A DNA stretch of 35,796 nt from Octopus bimaculoides. Taxonomy: Eukaryota. The number at the start of each line of letters is the position of its first letter. The first letter of the stretch is position 1. Shown piece by piece: positions 12,144 through 22,588 of the stretch. The stretch covers positions 19,842,888 to 19,878,683 of the forward strand of contig NC_068989.1 in assembly GCF_001194135.2 (NCBI RefSeq). The letters run 5' to 3'. Both the position numbers and the translations under genes were made by a program. Under the pieces are notes generated by a model, which did no database searches, was not told the DNA's origin, and was given only the letters and a program-made list of their open reading frames with translations.

Positions 12144-12500
12144 GGTTTCTGATATAGGAATAAGGCCAAAAATTGAGGAGAGGGGTATTAGCCAATATCC
12201 AGTGCTTCACTGGTACTTTAGTCTATCAACCCCAGTGGGATGAAAGGTGAAGTTGGCCTCATCAGGATTTGAAACCAGAACGCAAAGAGCCAGAACAAAT
12301 ACAGTAAAGCATTGCTCAAATAATACTGTCAGTTAATGATAATGATTTCTAAAATAAGCACAAGGCCAAAATAGTTGAAGGAGGATGTGCTTCATTAAAC
12401 TGACCTTCCTACTTGGCTGTTTGCTTATTTTATTGACACCCACCTTCAAAAGAATGTAAGAAGGATGTAAAAGAACCTCAGCAAACACTGCAAGGTATGT
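12144..12500 (-). mobile_element. Two family A SINE copies in tandem (about 12144-12315 and 12335-12500)
   Basis: Both start on the plus strand with an AAT tail then GGTTTC/ATTTC...AAGGCCA. The bodies include ACCCCAGTGGGATGAAAGG and GGATTTGAAACCAGAAC. Confidence 0.7.
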
Positions 12501-13099
12501 TTCTTTTTTTATACAGTCTACTGATTTAATTGGTTTTAACAATAACAACAATATCAATTGTAAGAGAAATAATAATGAAAATATCTTCAACTGCAACATA
12601 TTTCATACAAGTTTTGAAATATTTCTGACATATATAACAAAAAAAAAACAACAACCTTTTAGAATAGTTGTTTGCTTAACGAGCCTTGTAGCTGAAAAGA
12701 TTAGTAGAAGAAAGTACTTTTGGTTAACTATTTAGCCTAGGATAGTGTTTTAAAGCTTCAGGAAAACTAACACTGGTAATTGGTCAGCAATCTAGTTAGT
12801 CAATTATTTATTGGTTTATTCTTATTTGGTAGAACGGAGAGAAAAACCTTCATTCATTAAAACAAGCCCGAAACAGAAAGAATATGCTATCAATGACTTC
12901 CTAAATTAATGAGTGCCAGAAAGGAAATAAATCTACAGTTTAGCAATGTACTAAAAAGTGATTATGTGTATAATTAAATACTTTGTGTTCCTAACTCATT
13001 CACTCACTTTGTATACCCCCGCTCCTTACATAAACACAGACAGTGACACACAGACACACATACTATACTGTCTATAATCATTTTTCAAAAATTCTTGTC

Positions 13100-13990
13100 C
13101 TTAGCCCTTCTCAGTGCCACCATTGCCAAATTTGTCATTGTTTGAAGGGTCATTAGTTAAATTAGCTTCATTACAATTACGTTTTCTTGTAGAGAACATC
13201 TCAGACAGCCAAATGAATTGCATGCATTTCACTGATGCTTGCTGTTCCTTACCAAATTCAACTGTGACACATGCTGCATCAGTTATGACTGCAACTCTAT
13301 TTGTTTCCAAATTGAGATTGAATTCAGAGTTTGTTTCAAAAGATTCAGTTAATTTTTCAGCAGATGAACTTAAATAAATTCTGATCATTCCTAAATTCCA
13401 GAATTTACTTGACATATGTACATTCACATTCAAACATCTGTGATTAAGCAGCAATGTTTATTTCACCTAAAGAAATACTTAATTTTTCAAAACTCTTCTT
13501 TCTATCAGCTAGTTGTTTTTTCTCCAAATCATATTGCCTTTGAATTATTTGTATTAAATGAGAACCTTCTTCAGTAAACCCAAAGTATTAATTACAATAG
13601 CTTTACCACTTGTAACTATTGCATTCATTGGAGATTCATCAGTAGCAACTAATCTGGATACTATTTCATCTAGAACAATGGTTCTTAACCATTTTTTGCC
13701 AATGTTTGATGTTTTAAAAAAAAATTCCCTATTATATTTTTATAATTAAATATTAGGAATTGTATAAAAACTGTTAAAATATTTTGTGTACTGTAGAAGT
13801 ATAACCAACACATGGCAGATAAATTTTAACAACAAAATCTTATATGGACCCCACTAAGGGTCATATGAACCCTTGCTGAGAACCACTGATCTAGAGTTTT
13901 AGTTTGTTTTTCCATAAAAGAAGGTTATTTTCCACTGGTAGAATGTTTTCAAAGGAACGTCATCTGTTTGAATTATACTAGTTTCTCAGA
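13100..13990 (-). pseudogene. Decayed hAT-superfamily transposase (RNase H-like core), interrupted by a MITE
   Basis: After removing 13676-13888 the frames join as KTLDEIVSRLVATD...QRQYDLEKK...LSISLGE / HRCLNVNVH.SKFWNLGMIRI...SAEK...VAVITDAACVTVEFGK / HAIHLAV*DVLYKK. This follows the hAT order SLDE, TD(G)A and C..H.IHLAV. Several stops and frameshifts are present. Confidence 0.75.
13676..13888. mobile_element. hAT (Charlie-like) MITE with 8-bp TSD
   Basis: Termini are CAATGGTTCTTA and (reverse complement) CAGTGGTTCTCA. Flanks are ATCTAGAA (13668-13675) and ATCTAGAG (13889-13896), matching the NTCTAGAN target typical of Charlie-type hATs. Confidence 0.85.
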
Positions 13991-15814
13991 AATTGTCTTC
14001 ATGAATAAGCTTTAAATAGTGTAAAAAAACTCTTTCTTTAACTAGCCAAACATTTTAAGATGGTCTAGCAATTTATAAGTTTTTAAGTAATACAGCTGTT
14101 TTGCATCTTTTGTCAAACATCACAGGGTCCTATAAGAGAAGCCCTACTTGTAAGCATAGGCTCATCCTGTAGATATTTTCTTCATCCAACAATATCCAAT
14201 TATTTCACAAACATTGCTACAGCAGATATTTGTCACTTTTCTATACATTGACTTATGGTACAAGTAACTACATGTTGAAATCTAAGCTATGTTAACTGTT
14301 GTTTTGGTTATGTGCAGATAAATAATGACAGATGAACTCCAAACTATTTTTAATGACAAAACAATTACCAACTATAAACATATATCCACACCCTTTACAG
14401 AACAGTTTATTGCGTATGTTGCATGGAGGTATGGGTATAACTGTGTGCTTACATCTATATATTTCTTGAGTGTGCATAAAATTGATTGTGTATGGATTAG
14501 TACATATGAATGTATTGCTGTAGCTGTTTCGGGAATTGCTTTAAATATTTTGATGATAAATCATCAGGTCAGTACATAGAAACGTATATAAAAACAGAAT
14601 AAAGATAGTAGTTCAAATGACTACTCAGACAGTCTAAGCTATCATCAGATAAAATGACACAGTAGATAGATACATGTGTATTACTTCAACATGTACAGTT
14701 TTAAATCAATAAATAATATTGCATCAGTTCATATTGATATATTGCTACCACATAATTATTTTCATTTGAAACAAGTATGAATGAGAAATCTCTAATTCTT
14801 TTTCATATTGTCTAAGTCATTTTGGATAATAATTTAACTATTATTAAAACTGAATTTAGTGACAATCATCATCCATCAACCAAAGAACACATTGTTGAAT
14901 CCGTCATACAACAAAAGAATGCCAAGAATCTCCCTTTCATTAGCACATTTAAGAATCATGAACGAAGTGTTTGACATCTAAGTGCTGACCTTTTAAAGCC
15001 AGCCACTGAAATAAACAGAGAAATTCTTTCCTTTGTGTATGTAGCAAAAATCAACTCATCAGTAAATAAATATCTAACTATAAGATTTATCCACTGCTAT
15101 CAGGAATAGATTATGAGTTCTTAAAAATAAATGAACAGACACTTAAAAAAAAGGAGTTGAACTTCTGTAGGCTTTACAAGGGATGCCATTTGGTAAGGTC
15201 TTAAGAATTAAAGCCTTATCGCTTGGCTTAGATCATTTCAGATTCTCAATTTACTAAGTGATGTGCAGGTAAGTTAAAGGTTAACTTACTCTGTGCTGGA
15301 GTGTAATGCTACAACTGATAGTAAAAACACCTAAATGAATTTGAACTGACAAATTTACAGTTAATAAATACACCAGTTATAGCATTTTCAGATTAGCCTG
15401 TAACTTGACAAATGTTTTTAAAACATTATGTCCATGCCCTTAACTAATATATCCCAACATTGTCAGTTTTTTTTTTCCATGAAAATTGAGAGATGAAGAA
15501 GAAAAAAAAAAAAACAGTGGTCATATAAAAATCCCCAAACAGGATTTTTATATCAATGATTAGAAATAAAAAGTTTGGTTTAGGAGATGAAGTAGAAAGT
15601 GAAATCAACATGGCTTATGAAACATTAAAAGAAAAAACTGTGATTTTGAGCACGATAAAACAAGAGAGTGAAAAACTAAATAATGTTTGAAAAAACAAAC
15701 AAACAAAATAACACAAAGACTAATGAATATATGTGAAACACATACACACACACATACACATGTTAGACATAGTAATGAGGAGATCGAGGTATTGATGCTG
15801 TTTGTTATGTTTAC

Positions 15815-15909
15815 CTGAACCAATCTTGACCAGTCCATTGTGTTGGATGAAAATAGTATCACAGGTGAGGTTACCATGGATAATCGGTGGGTCACAGGAA
15901 TGTAGATAA
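15815..15909 (-). CDS. NRBP: NRBP internal coding exon, 95 nt, (S)YLHSCDPPIIHGNLTCDTIFIQHNGLVKIGS
   Basis: ctattttctAG|TTATCTACAT...ATTGGTTCAG|GTaaac; phase 2 in, phase 1 out. HGN replaces the catalytic HRD and GS replaces DFG, which are the NRBP-family pseudokinase hallmarks. The intron to the previous exon is 15910-18772 (2863 nt, GT-AG). Confidence 0.97.
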
Positions 15910-16142
15910 CTAGAAAATAGAATTAAAATAAAGGTTAAAGCCAAACAAAATAAAATTAATCAATAAAACAATAACTGAACTTTAAGAAAAAGAGGGCATC
16001 CAAGAGAAGGAAACCTTATCAAAACGGACATTGACCTAGACAGTCCTCTGACCTGTCACATCTCTCAAACCGTCACCCATGCAGTCATGGAATACAAATG
16101 CTAAATGATGATGAAGATGAATTACAAGAAACATTTGCATAG

Positions 16143-16412
16143 ATGCAGCGTGGCTGTGTGGTAAGAAGCTTGCTTCCCAACCACGTGGTTCTGTGTTCAG
16201 TTCCACTGCATGGCACTTTGGGCAAGCATCATCTACTATAGCTTCAGCCTTTGCTACCAGTGCTTCACAACCGCAACTTTGTAGTTCAGCAAAACAGACC
16301 GACAATAAGTAGTGGGCTTACAAAGAGTAAGTCTTGGGGTTGATTTCTTTGACTAAAAGGTAGTGTTCCAGTATGACCGCAGTCATAACTGAAACAAGTA
16401 AAAAAATAAATA
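16143..16412 (+). mobile_element. Family B CORE-like SINE, internally deleted
   Basis: GCGTGGCTGTGTGGTAAGAAGCTTGCTTCCCAACCACGTGGTTC...GGCACTTTGGGCAAG, with tail CTGAAACAAGTAAAA. Confidence 0.82.
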
Positions 16413-16502
16413 AAAGTGCAAGAATGAAATTTGCTTGGGGGTGCAAGCCCAGGTCCAAAACTTTTGAAATTTTAAAAATTTCAATATCAAAACAAACATA
16501 GG

Positions 16503-16503
<1 letters not shown>

Positions 16504-16544
<41 letters not shown>
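16504..16544. repeat. (AAT)n microsatellite
   Basis: Seen directly. Confidence 0.95.
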
Positions 16545-16545
<1 letters not shown>

Positions 16546-16576
16546 GTCATTAATCAAATCAAATAAATCCAATAAT

Positions 16577-16787
16577 CTTTTCTACTCTAGACTTAAGGCC
16601 CAAAATTTTTGGGGAGGGAGCCAAAAATAATTAAGTACCAGTACGCAACTGGTACTTAATTTGCCGACCCCGAGAAGACGAAATGCAAATTCGACCTCAG
16701 TGGACCTTGAATTCAAAATGTAATGGCAGATAAAATACTGTTAAGCATTTCACCTGGCATGCCAACGTTTCTGCCAGCTCGCTGCCT
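16577..16787 (-). mobile_element. Family A SINE with perfect 18-bp TSD
   Basis: TCAAATAAATCCAATAAT occurs at 16559-16576 and 16788-16805. The minus-strand head is GCGAGCTGGCAGAAACGTTGGC. Confidence 0.9.
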
Positions 16788-17324
16788 TCAAATAAATCCA
16801 ATAATGGAAAAATGTTTTAGATTAGTCCAAAAATGTTTCTATGCTCATTTGTTTTGGCAATGAAATTTTTCAGGAGAATGTTCAAAGCATCTTCACTCCA
16901 CTCCAAATTTTAGTGGGGCAGCAAGCACTCTCCCTACACCCTCTGTTCCCAAGCCTGTGAACATTTGTACCCCACATGTAACACCCACATATTAATAAAA
17001 TACAAAAAATAGAATAAAGGTATTGGATGACCATCACACTGTGACATTGTTTTGAGCTCCTGAGTAAAGGACATAGCACTTGTTTTAGTTTGCTTGATTG
17101 ACAAAAGGAGAAATAAAATTTTTGGAAAAAAAAAGAAGTTTCAGCTTAAGTTTTGAATTAGTAGTTTACAGTAAGGACACCCAAATGTAAAAAGAATAGC
17201 TCCAACAAAGAATACATCATTGACGTGCAAACTCAAAGAAGAAAAAAAAAAGGATGTAAAATAAAATAAAAAAAATTTAAATACACTAAATAAATGTAAT
17301 TTGTTTACTCTAAAATAATCATCA

Positions 17325-17651
17325 TCATTGTAATTGTTTAACATCCACTTTCCATACTGGCATGGGCTGGACGGTTTGATTGAGAACTAGCAAGCTGGGA
17401 GGCTGCACCAGGCGCCAATCTGATTTGGCAAGGCTTCTACAGCTGGATGTCCTTCCTAACACCAACCACTCCAAGAGTGTAGTGGGTGCTTTTATGTGCA
17501 ACTGGCATAAGAGCCATTCAAGCAGCACTGGCATCGGCCATACATGACTGGCGCTTATTACGTGCCAGTCAGGCAGCACTGGCATCGGCCATGCTTGAAT
17601 GGTGCTTTTTATGTGCCACCAGCATGGGTGCCAGTCAGGTGGCGCTGGCAT
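17325..17651 (-). mobile_element. Retroelement 3' end (probable RTE-type LINE 3' UTR) with (GAT)n tail and internal subrepeats
   Basis: Minus strand has GGTTGGTGTTAGGAAGGACATCCAGCTGTAG...CATGCCAGTATGGAAAGTGGATGTTAA followed by GATGATGAT. GCAGCACTGGCATCGGCCAT, GTGCCAGTCAGG and GCTTTT(T)ATGTGC each occur twice. The RTE assignment is inference. Confidence 0.65.
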
Positions 17652-18772
17652 AAATATATCTGTTCACTCAGACAACATGCATGCCATCATCATTATAATG
17701 TATAACAAACAAGTGGCACCAAAGAGGGGTGTGTACTTGAGGTAGTTATCCAACCCACTTGAAATAGCAGCCAAATCCACCTCACCAAATGAGACTGCCA
17801 ACTAGAAAAAGTAGTGGTAGTTGTGCATATTGTCCAGGGAAAAGATGGGATAATCACAGCTGGTTCCCTTATAATTTGTAGGTCTGCTCAATGAGACTTG
17901 ACTTGGGAGTCCAACAACAATAAAAAGTTAAAATCCCATTTATGATATGAAGAAAAGCTTTAACATCATTCAAGGTTATGCAAAATCATGAACCATATTT
18001 CCTCACTACCATTTTTGTTACTTTCTACAAGTGTGAATGAATGATATCAGTTTTCAGTTAGTTTTATTGTAAGATTCCTTCGCTCAAGACTCAATGTATC
18101 TCAGCAGCAATGTAATTTAAGTACCTTGGTCTTAATTTCTAAATAGAGGTAGGTGGCACCTTTTACTAAATCACTATTATTTTCAATTTATTTTATTGCA
18201 GCATCATTTTAATTCCAGTTCTTTTTGCTCTTGCCAAGTTAGAGGTCTTAACATAAGATTTTTTACTACTACTACTACATCACAAGGTCAAGTCCTTGTT
18301 TGGTATGATGGATGGCTTGTATATCTCAATGATGCCAGGAGCTATGCTGACAGAGTGCATGTCTTTGGTCAAAGGACAGAGGCCAAACTAATATGGGGCC
18401 ACCTCTTCCCAGAGGTAAAAATGGGTTTGCATAGGCACAACACCCCTATCTAGAAAAATAGCAAGGTTACAGAAGCATTGATGGCAATCCAAAACCAACA
18501 AGACCCAGGAGAAGAAGCTGAAAAGACAGCCCAGAACAGTCAAGTTGTTGATGGCTTATGCTCCATTAACTACTTCTTCTTCATCTTCATCTTCTCACAC
18601 CTATCTTACTTCACTCAAAAAATAATCAAGTGTGCCACTACCACTGTCCATCTTCTCTATGTCAAGTTACTTTTACTGTGTCACTTTCACATTACTCTGT
18701 ATTAAACATGCTAGTTGTTCCAATAAGAAATTTTCCCAAGACACCTGAGCAAATCAAGGTAATTATTCTCAC

Positions 18773-18813
18773 CTTAGTGCTGATAAGATCTGAGTACACC
18801 ATCGTTTCCATGC
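18773..18813 (-). CDS. NRBP: NRBP (nuclear receptor-binding protein, pseudokinase) internal coding exon, 41 nt, AWKRWCTQILSAL(S)
   Basis: Minus strand reads ttcttattttcatAG|GCATGGAAACGATGGTGTACTCAGATCTTATCAGCACTAAG|GTgaga. It has canonical AG/GT sites, enters in phase 0 and exits in phase 2. The peptide matches human NRBP1 AWKRWCTQILSALS as I recall it and splices in frame to the exon at 15815-15909. Confidence 0.97.
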
Positions 18814-20619
18814 CTATGAAAATAAGAAGGACAAAAAAAGAAAAAGAAGAAACTTTTAGCAAGGAAGAAACAGTTTAAACAGATGCACACATCGATGACC
18901 AGATCTAAAATTTACATCATTGCTCCACAGAAACATGTAATCACATGTAATGATAAAAAACAGGTCAGAAACAAAATGCAAAAATAAAAATTGTTGTTAA
19001 TATAATCCATCATCTCAGAGAAACAGTAGCAGATGTGGAAAAATGTAGTAACTGTTGAAATATCAAAATGTTTACTTCTTAAAATTCTTTTAAAAACTGG
19101 ATGAAATCTAGCAAAAAATTTATAAAAATAATCTAGCATAAAGACAAGTTTAATATAAACAAACTGACAAGCAAATGCACAAAATAAATAAATAAATAAA
19201 TATGACAAACAAGAACAACAAATAAAATATGGTGCTGGTATGCGTTTAGTAAATTTAGAAAGGTTACACATGGTTAAGTAAACATGCTGCACAATTAACA
19301 ACTAGAACATCAGTAACAACATCAATAGATATGTTAACAAGTATGTTAGTTAAGTTAAAGGTCTTTTTTATTATTATCATTATTACTATTATTTTTAGTT
19401 TTCAGGCAAACTATTAGTTGAATGAATGATCATGTGTCTTGAATGAGAAGTTTGTATTTTAAGACATCCAAAGACAGATTAGTTATTTTAGTAAGAGCTG
19501 TTGAAAATTCTAACTCAACAATTAAATAGCCAATATGAGGTGACTGTTTATTCAATATAATTTTCATGTTCAATATCTCCAACAAATTAACCAGTAACCT
19601 AGTGTTATCCTATTTGTTTATGTGTCAATCTTAGTGGGGTTCTGTAGTTAATCCCCCATAAATTTAACACAATAGTCATTATTCATTATATTTAATGCTT
19701 AGCTGGAATAGCCTCATTCTAGAAACAAATTTACATTAATAACAATTGCTTACTTTTTATTTTAAGAAACAAATTTGTTCTATGCTTTTTATCATCCTTA
19801 TGTTATCATAAAGCTATGGGAGTTGGGTCAATTTCTATGGATTACTAAATATGTGCTGTTTAACCACAAACTGAAAATGATACCTAGTTTGTTGCAAAAC
19901 AGATTTAGTAAACACAGTAAAGAGTCTTGCCAAAGAGCTCGACCCTATTTCAAAGGTTTCAAATAAAATCCAGGAACATTGGCCAACCAAATGAATGCTA
20001 AACATAAAAAAATATTTAAAATTCAAAATCATTTTTGTTTTCATTTGAAACTGAATTGGAATATATTGGATAACTGACTACATGGTCAAATTTTCAGAGA
20101 TTGTTACACCCATTCTGTTATGGTTCTCTGCAACTGTCTTAGGGTGCCAAGTTAGAACATACTGATTTTTGTAAGATTCTACAAGTGGCACCTTCTCTAT
20201 AGATGCTACAAAAATAAACTAAATAATAATAATAACAATAATAATAATGCATTGTGAAAGTATTTGTCCCAACAATTTATTTACAAATGTTCAACTCTGT
20301 AACAACAAAATTTTAGCCATGCACAAGGAAAATTAATGTGTATATCTTAAAAAAACAAAGGAGGAAAAAAAGAAAAAAAAAGAAAACCCAGCAAAATAGA
20401 AACCAAAATTTGGTGCAATAACTAAGGCAGGTGGGGTTAGGGTGTATGTGAAAGAAGGTTGAAGAACAATGAAGAAGAGATAAACAAAAGGTTTTTAGAA
20501 GAGGTTCCAAAAGTACAGGTGACGTAACAAGGGAAACAGTAGTGGCGGAGTCAAGAGGGAGAAGCAAATGTTCATAGCATTATTTCATGATTGTGAAATG
20601 AAATGAGTGAAAAACAGTT

Positions 20620-20870
20620 TTCCTCTCAACCATTTGGTTCTGGGTTCAGTCCCAGTATGTGGCACCATGGACAATTGTCTTCTCCTATAGCCCCAGGCTG
20701 AACTTGTGAGTAGATTTGGTAGATGGAAACTGAAAGAAGCTTGTCTATATGTGTGAGTGTGATTCCTTGCTTAGACGTTGCATCATAGTTGTAAATGAGT
20801 GTCACTGTCATACAAGCAGTATCATTCATTTCCAATATTCTGCAAAAACATGTCTGGCCATGGAGAAATA
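20620..20870 (+). mobile_element. Family B SINE variant, degraded
   Basis: CAACCATTTGGTTCTGGGTTCAGTCCCA...GGCACCATGGACAA.TGTCTTCT.CTATAG...GATGGAAACTGAAAGAAGC...TTTCCAATATTCTG...ACATGTCTGGCCAT. Confidence 0.78.
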
Positions 20871-22386
20871 GAAAATATTGGACATATGATGATGATGATG
20901 ATAATGTAATGATAAAAGTTTGTTAGATTTAAGGACTAACCAATAAGAATGCTAATGCTTTACATTGTGCAATCACCCGGCAGGTTTAAGTTAAAAGTAC
21001 ACAATTATTGGAGAAAGAGGTGTTATATATTGAAATATAGAGTTTGAACTTATAGGGAGTCAAACAGCATTCTAGTGTGGCCTGAGTCATTGTTTTATAA
21101 ATGTGTATCATTTGTGTTGTTTACCATGGGCACAGATTTAGCTAAATGGTTAAAAAGTCTCCTTTTTTAATTATGAGTTTTAGCCCCAAGTTTGATCTCT
21201 GTGCACCTTGTGAATGTAAGTTGGACAAAATCTCTTGTGGTTATTTGTCCTGGTTCTTTACATTTTGCATTCAAATCCTTCAAGATAACTTTGTCTTTTA
21301 TCCATCTGATATCACTAGAATAAAGTACCAGTTATGTACAGGGGCAGGGAAGAAATTTAATTGACTGCTGAGTTGTGCCAACATGCAATAGGCTAGAACG
21401 GTACAGCAGAACCCCAAACTCCTCCAAATGACTACTAAAATCCCAACAACTTTAAAATCTGTTCTTATTGGATCATTAGTATTAAACCAAAGTCCAACTG
21501 TGGCTCCTAGGATTACAGATGGTATGTTACAGGTTACTAACCAATTACATTCACCAACATCTACAACAAGTACTTATGAATTAGGACCACTACCATTACT
21601 ACTACTATAACAACTACAAAAATTGAAGATCAGGTACCTAAAGCTAAAAGTTATAGAGAGATAAGAGGAAGATCTTTATCCAACTGTGGAATAGAGAGGG
21701 CTGAATTGATTGATTGATGTGTGATAATATAAAACCTGGTGTATTTCTAATGTTTGTAAATATTAGGTTGTTGTTATGCGTACATTGTGTGTATGTGTAA
21801 CTGTTGTTGATGGTTTTGATCTCAAAATGTCATTGCCTTCTCAAAGTCAGATTGACCCAATGACAAATTGTGACACTTCTACTCACCCCCCACCCAAAAG
21901 CTAGTAGTTAATCAGTGTTGCTATCATTATCATTTAAACTTTAGAGCAAGGAGGAAGAGGAAGAATACAAACACTCACATATTTAGCAATATTTTATATT
22001 TCAGACTTAATATGTATTTTAATCTGATAACTGAATATTGTGTCAGTTAATGGAACAGTAAAAATGCTGCCTTTACACAAGGACCTTCTGTCCATCTTCA
22101 TCCACAAACACACACACACTTGCTAAAATTGACAGCTAATTTATCATTTTGGCCTATTTTTTCTTCTTCTTTTTTTTTTTTTGGTTTTTGTTTTTCTGAG
22201 TTAGTCTGACTTACACATGCAGTCACCACTGCAGTTGGTATAACTTAATTGCTGACACTGAGAAGAAGTAAACAGAAATACTTGTGCGTATTTGACAATA
22301 TTTCTTCACAGCCTATGTGCATGCCTATACATATACAATGACAATAAATACTCTACAAAAAGCAGATATATCCACTGAAAATTTCA

Positions 22387-22588
22387 TTACTCCTAACTGT
22401 GGAAGGTAGTTTTATACACCAATCTGTCTTTTGTCGAGGAATGTCATATTTGAAACTATTTTCTTTTGAGATACGTCAAGTTTATCGAGGCAAGGTGACT
22501 TGCAGAAAATACCATTTCTACTTTTTGGTAGATATTTACAGCATTACTGGAATAACCATGAAATCAAATCTCACAGTGTAAGGGTTAA
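22387..22588. mobile_element. Possible degraded piggyBac-like MITE
   Basis: The right end is CACAGTGTAAGGG|TTAA. The left end TTACTCCTAACTGTGG only partly matches its reverse complement. Confidence 0.3.

Noticed and set aside
17500-17651. Short direct repeats with intervening sequence, superficially CRISPR-like
   Set aside because: Only two copies of each, irregular spacing and related spacers. They are internal subrepeats of a retroelement in a eukaryotic intron with no cas genes.
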